A DNA stretch of 64,000 nucleotides from the human T2T-CHM13v2.0 reference genome, Homo sapiens. How positions within the stretch are numbered: position 1 is the stretch's first letter; each line of letters begins with the position of its first letter. The DNA lies in the NCBI RefSeq assembly GCF_009914755.1, contig NC_060925.1. One strand, written 5' to 3'. The notes below the pieces were generated by a model that saw only the letters and a program-made list of their open reading frames with translations, had not been told where the DNA came from and searched no databases. A program made the position numbers and the translations under genes. Shown here piece by piece: positions 60,965 through 64,000 of this stretch.

Positions 60965-61865
60965 AAACTTTTTATTTTGAAATAATCATAGATTTGTCCG
61001 AGAGATTCCAAAGAAATGTACAATGATATCCTATGCATCCTTCATCCTCTAGCCTCCCTGAATGTTCACATCTTATACCACCATAGTACAATATAAAAGC
61101 CAAGACATTGACATTTGCACAATCCATAGAACTTAAGGTTTCACCAGTCACACATGCACTAGTTTATGTGTGTGTGTTTATGTTTGTAGCTCTATGCTAT
61201 GTACTATGTGAATACATGTAACCTTAACTAATGACCACGGTGATCAAGATGCTCAAATATCACCACACACTCTCTTGCATTACCCCTTTATGGCCACCTC
61301 CATTTCCCGGTCCTTAACCCTTGGAAATTTAGTCTGTTCTCCATCTTTATAATTATGTTATTTCATGATTTTTTCCAGAAATGAAACCATGAAGGTATCC
61401 CCAAGATTGCCTTTTTTTTACTCAGCATAATTTCCCTGAGTTGCATCCAAGTCGTTGGATGTACAACATGCACCAACAGTCCATTCCTTTTTACTGCTGA
61501 GTAGTATTCCCTAAAATGGATATAGCATAATTTGTTAAAATATTTATCCATTGAAAGACATTTGGGTGGTTTCCAATTCTTAGCTACTAGGAATAGAGCT
61601 GCTGTGAACATCTGTGTACAAGTTCCTGTGTGAAAGTAAGTCTTCATTTCTTTGGGATAAATGCCCAATAGTGCGATTGCTGGATTGTATGGTAAGTCCA
61701 TTTTCAATTTTGAAAGCACTGCCAAACTATTTTCCAGAGGGGATATACCATTTTAAATTCCAACCATTATTGTATGAGTGATCCAGTTTCTCCATATCCT
61801 TGCCAGCAATTGGTATAGTCACTATTTTTCTTTTTAGCATTTGTGGTGGGTGTGTAGTGATACAT
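60965..61865 (-). mobile_element. L1MC-type 3' end
   Basis: ORF track 61363-61725 gives L1 ORF2 C-terminus-like DLPYNPAIALLGIYPKEMK. Confidence 0.85.
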
Positions 61866-62633
61866 TGACTTTTTGCCCCTTCTCCTACCAAACAAATATG
61901 TTAAGTTTTGAACTCAGCTTCCCAACTCTCAGTGGCCTGGTCTGTGATTTCCATAGGCCTCTATACTTCTGACCTCCTCCTACCTCCATGACCTTGACCT
62001 GACTTCTCTTTCTTCTCTCCCCAGCCTGGGTCCCGGGGTCCCCTTTTTACCTCAGAATCGCTTTATCTCAATCCTGCCATCTTCCCAATGCCTGGAGAAA
62101 GTCACAAAAGTGCTCTCCACTGCTGCCAGGCCTCTGATGTTACAGCTCCTGGGCAGTCCTTTCCTTTACCTCAGTGATGTCACCCTCCCACTTCTGACAG
62201 GCTCTGCTCCATACAGTGAGGTCTTCTCTCAGAGAGGACCTTACCACCTCTCAACAAGAGTGAGACTGTTCAGTCTGAAGCCCCTCAGCATCTCCTTTCT
62301 CCATCTCTGCCTTTCTGTTTCTTGCAGAAGCCAACTCCTCATGTGTGCTTATGTTCCCAGAGAGCCTCCAGCTCCCCAGGGTAGGGATTTATCAGAGGAG
62401 TCTATTTTCAGACTTCCCTTCGTCTGTTCTCCTTTTCCTCAGAGTGTCCTTAATGGAACACCCACACCTCTCCTCTAGTACTGAGTCTGTTGAATCAGGA
62501 TCTCTGGAGGTTTGCAGGGCGGAGAGTCTCTGTTTTTATCAGTCTCCTCAAGGCCTCCAGTGGGGAGTCAGATTCAGAGACGGCTGCCTCAGGGACCCTC
62601 TGGGCCCCTCTTCTTCACACTACCCCTCAGTAG

Positions 62634-62996
<363 letters not shown>

Positions 62997-63662
62997 TAAC
63001 TCTGTGGTTTTCCATCTGGTTCCTGCATTTCTGCCCAGCTCCTTTAAATTTATATTAATAATTGTAATTATCAGGTTGCTTTGGTTTTGTAGTCTTATTG
63101 GCTCCTGCTTTGCAGTGTCATCAGTTTCATCTTTACAAACTCTGATGCTCTAACTTTCTTGCATAAACAGCAGCAATTGCTCTTCTTTCCTTGCACAGAG
63201 GTAGGAGTGTTCTCAATATGACCACCATCTGGTTTCCCAGCCTAGGTTTTCACAAATCTCCTATACATGATTTATGTGGCCCCTGAAATGCCTGGCGTAC
63301 AATTGCTCAGACCATGTTCTTTTTGGATTTTGTTATTGGGCCTCATCTTATTGCCCCTGCCTTAGAAGTACACCTCCCAATTCAGTCTTTGGTCAACTGA
63401 AATTTATTCTTTGTCAAAGACCCTTTCCCACAGTTTATTCCCTGCAACGTTTTATGAATTGTTGCCTGAACTAGATGTTCGGTTCTAACAATATATATTA
63501 CACATGATGCCAAGCACTGTTCTGAGTCATGGTCATATAAGGTGATTGGGAAATGATCCTCACCCCCCCACCAGTGTTCCCAACCATTTTTCCCTTCTCT
63601 AGTCTCCCATAGCTTTCTCTCCCCGCACTATGATTGTTTTTTCATTTTCAGCTGTATTTTAG

Positions 63663-63963
63663 GTTTTTTGTTTTGTTTTGTTTTTTGAGAAAGAGTCTCA
63701 TTCCGTCACCCAGGCTGGAGTGCAGTGCTGTGATCTCTGTTCACTGTAGCCTCTGGCTCCTGGATTCAAGTGATTCTCGTGCCTCAGCCTCCCGTGTAGC
63801 TGCAGTTACAGGCATGTACCACCACACCGGCTAATTTTTGTATTTTTGATAGAGATGGGGTTTCATCATGTTGGTAGGCTGGTCTTCAACTCCTGGCCTC
63901 GAGTGATCTGCCCGCCTCGGCCTTCCAAAGTGCTGGGATTAAAGGCATGAGCCACCATGCCCC
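63663..63963 (-). mobile_element. Alu
   Basis: Alu motifs; TSD TATTTTAGGTTTTT. Confidence 0.93.
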
Positions 63964-64000
63964 ACTTTATTTTAGGTTTTTGAGAGGAGATAATTTGTCA

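Overview
Primate, almost certainly human, genomic DNA from the AK4-DNAJC6 locus (chr1p31.3 from recall), with both genes on the + strand. The window holds the last two coding exons of AK4 (2741-2859, 4052-4166) and a ~6 kb 3'UTR with many candidate poly(A) signals. A repeat-dense interval follows, then the 5' end of DNAJC6/auxilin: a CpG-island first exon (~32.45-32.65 kb), the MKDSENK first coding exon (42907-42928), a second CpG island and the start of a large intron. Much of the window is interspersed repeat: about 36 Alus, L1, L2/MIR, ERV1 and MaLR LTRs, and hAT DNA transposons. Nearly all ORF-track entries are repeat- or GC-derived artefacts. I found no prokaryote-type or wholly new gene system. 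The best leads are: (1) an in-frame, highly basic alternative auxilin N-terminus from the CpG-island exon; (2) an 84-nt cryptic exon that is open only in the phase left by AK4 exon 4, a possible AK4-to-DNAJC6 read-through; (3) a 131-nt poison/uORF-forming cassette exon candidate in DNAJC6 intron 1; (4) a nested TCTAGA-rich fold-back element; and (5) an old ~310-bp tandem duplication. Repeat boundaries and subfamily names were read by eye and are approximate.
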